Notes under the pieces: generated by a model
Told to the model about the DNA's origin: nothing
What the model saw: the letters and a program-made list of their open reading frames with translations, nothing else
The model's database searches: none
Position numbers and translations under genes: made by a program
Shown here: in pieces, positions 22,848-24,000 of the stretch
Layout: each line of letters starts with the position of its first letter
Numbering within the stretch: position 1 is the stretch's first letter
Origin: Methanoculleus sp.
GTDB lineage: Archaea; Halobacteriota; Methanomicrobia; Methanomicrobiales; Methanoculleaceae
NCBI RefSeq assembly: GCF_036677455.1
Contig: NZ_JAVBWL010000026.1
Coordinates: 21,711 to 45,710 of the forward strand
DNA length: 24,000 bases
Direction: 5' to 3'

Positions 22848-23669
22848 ATGGCATTGAGCGGATTGGAGAACCTTATGTTTCGACCGCAGGACGACTGTAC
22901 GTATCTGATGCCGGTCCACTTCGGAGGCGGCAAATTCGACCCGGAGACCCTGATCACGCAGAGAGCGACTGGTCTCGTCGTCAGTTACGAGACCGAAAGA
23001 GACCTTCTTGAGCGATACATTCCGGAAGGGTTTGAACTCCTGGCCCCTGAAGTGCAGGTTGCGTTCAACAAGTTCACCGAGATCAACTGGATGCACGGCG
23101 GTCAGTACAACCTGATCAACGTGGCGGCGCCGGTCCGGTTCCACGGCAAGAAGGACGAACTCGACGGAGCCTACGCGCTGGTGGTCTGGGAGAACAAGAC
23201 CGCCCCCATCCTCGGGGGGCGGGAACAGACCGGGATCCCGAAGATATACGCTGATATCGAGGACCTGCATATCGTCCGGCCGCACTATGCCACGACCGTC
23301 AGCTACGAGGGGAACACCTTTCTCAACATGAACTTCGAGGCCATGGGATCGATCACCGGACAGGATCTCGATGCCCTGAAGGCGCAGCTCCTCTCCATGA
23401 ACACCCTCGGGTGGCGGTACATCCCGAAGGTCGGGGCTCCGGGAGCGGACCTCTCCCAGTTCGTCCTCTACCCCCAGGGTATGGAGGTGGAGACGGCAGA
23501 GCTCGGAAAGGGCAGCCTGAGATGGACCGAGATGACCCCGATGCAGAATCCGGCCCAGTACTACATCGTCAACAGCCTCGCGTCCCTGCCCATAAAACGG
23601 GTGACACAGGCGGTAATGGTCACGGGGAGGGCCATCCTTCGCGCGATGGGAGCAAGGGTCATTGAATGA
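22848..23669 (+). CDS. Acetoacetate decarboxylase (ADC)-family protein
   Basis: 273 aa. [26 protein letters not shown] resembles the ADC-family active-site region (the lysine in G.PK), and the length is typical for the family. Confidence 0.7.
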   Translation: MALSGLENLMFRPQDDCTYLMPVHFGGGKFDPETLITQRATGLVVSYETERDLLERYIPEGFELLAPEVQVAFNKFTEINWMHGGQYNLINVAAPVRFHGKKDELDGAYALVVWENKTAPILGGREQTGIPKIYADIEDLHIVRPHYATTVSYEGNTFLNMNFEAMGSITGQDLDALKAQLLSMNTLGWRYIPKVGAPGADLSQFVLYPQGMEVETAELGKGSLRWTEMTPMQNPAQYYIVNSLASLPIKRVTQAVMVTGRAILRAMGARVIE

Positions 23670-23676
23670 GAGCGAG

Positions 23677-24000
23677 ATGAGGAACATGGTTGATTCGGAT
23701 TACTATACGGGCAAAGTCTGCATCGTCACCGGCGCAAACTCCGGGATCGGGTATGCGATCAGCGAAGAGCTCCTGAAGCGGGGAGCAATCGTCTACATGG
23801 CCGGCCGGAGCAGGGAGAAAGTCGCCGCGGCCGTCGGTCAGCTCTCCGCATACGGTGACCGGGCACGCCCGCTCATCATGGACGTGACGAAACAGGAAGA
23901 TGTGCAGAAGGGTATCGAGGGTACGGCGGCAGAGGCGGGAAGACTGGATCTCCTCTTCAACAACGCAGGTGTCGGGGGAACCATCCCGTTCGAGATGGCC
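23677..24000 (+). CDS. Short-chain dehydrogenase/reductase (SDR). N-terminal 108 codons; the gene continues beyond the right edge.
   Basis: Not in the ORF track because there is no stop in the window. It translates as MRNMVDSDYYTGKVCIVTGANSGIGYAISEELLKRGAIVYMAGRS...LDLLFNNAGVGG, with the TGxxxGIG Rossmann motif and the NNAG motif. An alternative start lies at 23686. Confidence 0.8.
   Translation, partial: MRNMVDSDYYTGKVCIVTGANSGIGYAISEELLKRGAIVYMAGRSREKVAAAVGQLSAYGDRARPLIMDVTKQEDVQKGIEGTAAEAGRLDLLFNNAGVGGTIPFEMA

Overview
GC-rich archaeal sequence, by inference a Methanomicrobiales-like methanogen. The cues are a TBP-derived gene fragment, an iron-sulfur flavoprotein, TATA-box/leaderless gene starts and oligo-T terminators.

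The left 13.2 kb is a defence and toxin-antitoxin island. It contains:
- a type I R-M operon on the minus strand in the order hsdR-hsdS-hsdM. hsdM runs off the left edge and is missing from the ORF track;
- an AT-rich two-gene cassette of an Mrr nuclease plus an uncharacterised 303-aa protein with an Rx4H (HEPN-like) motif;
- hicBA;
- a stand-alone EVE/PUA-like protein;
- a RhuM-family gene and a half-TBP gene remnant, bracketed together by two direct copies of a hairpin-containing repeat. The second copy carries a 21-22 bp phased iteron-like array;
- vapBC, with vapC interrupted by an in-frame TAG;
- an MNT plus short HEPN pair;
- two tandem relBE paralog pairs.

The right 10.8 kb looks like ordinary chromosome. 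It encodes a B3/4-domain protein, DUF3795, NudC, an iron-sulfur flavoprotein, a flavodoxin-ferredoxin fusion, TetR, a zinc-ribbon miniprotein, a VOC protein, a SAM methyltransferase, two paralogous membrane proteins, an acetoacetate-decarboxylase-like protein and a partial SDR. One unusual gene there is a membrane-anchored protein made of three tandem Cache/PDC-like repeats.

I found no rRNA, tRNA or CRISPR array. Many long ORFs in the track are antisense artefacts of the high GC content. All family assignments come from motif reading by eye; no searches were run.
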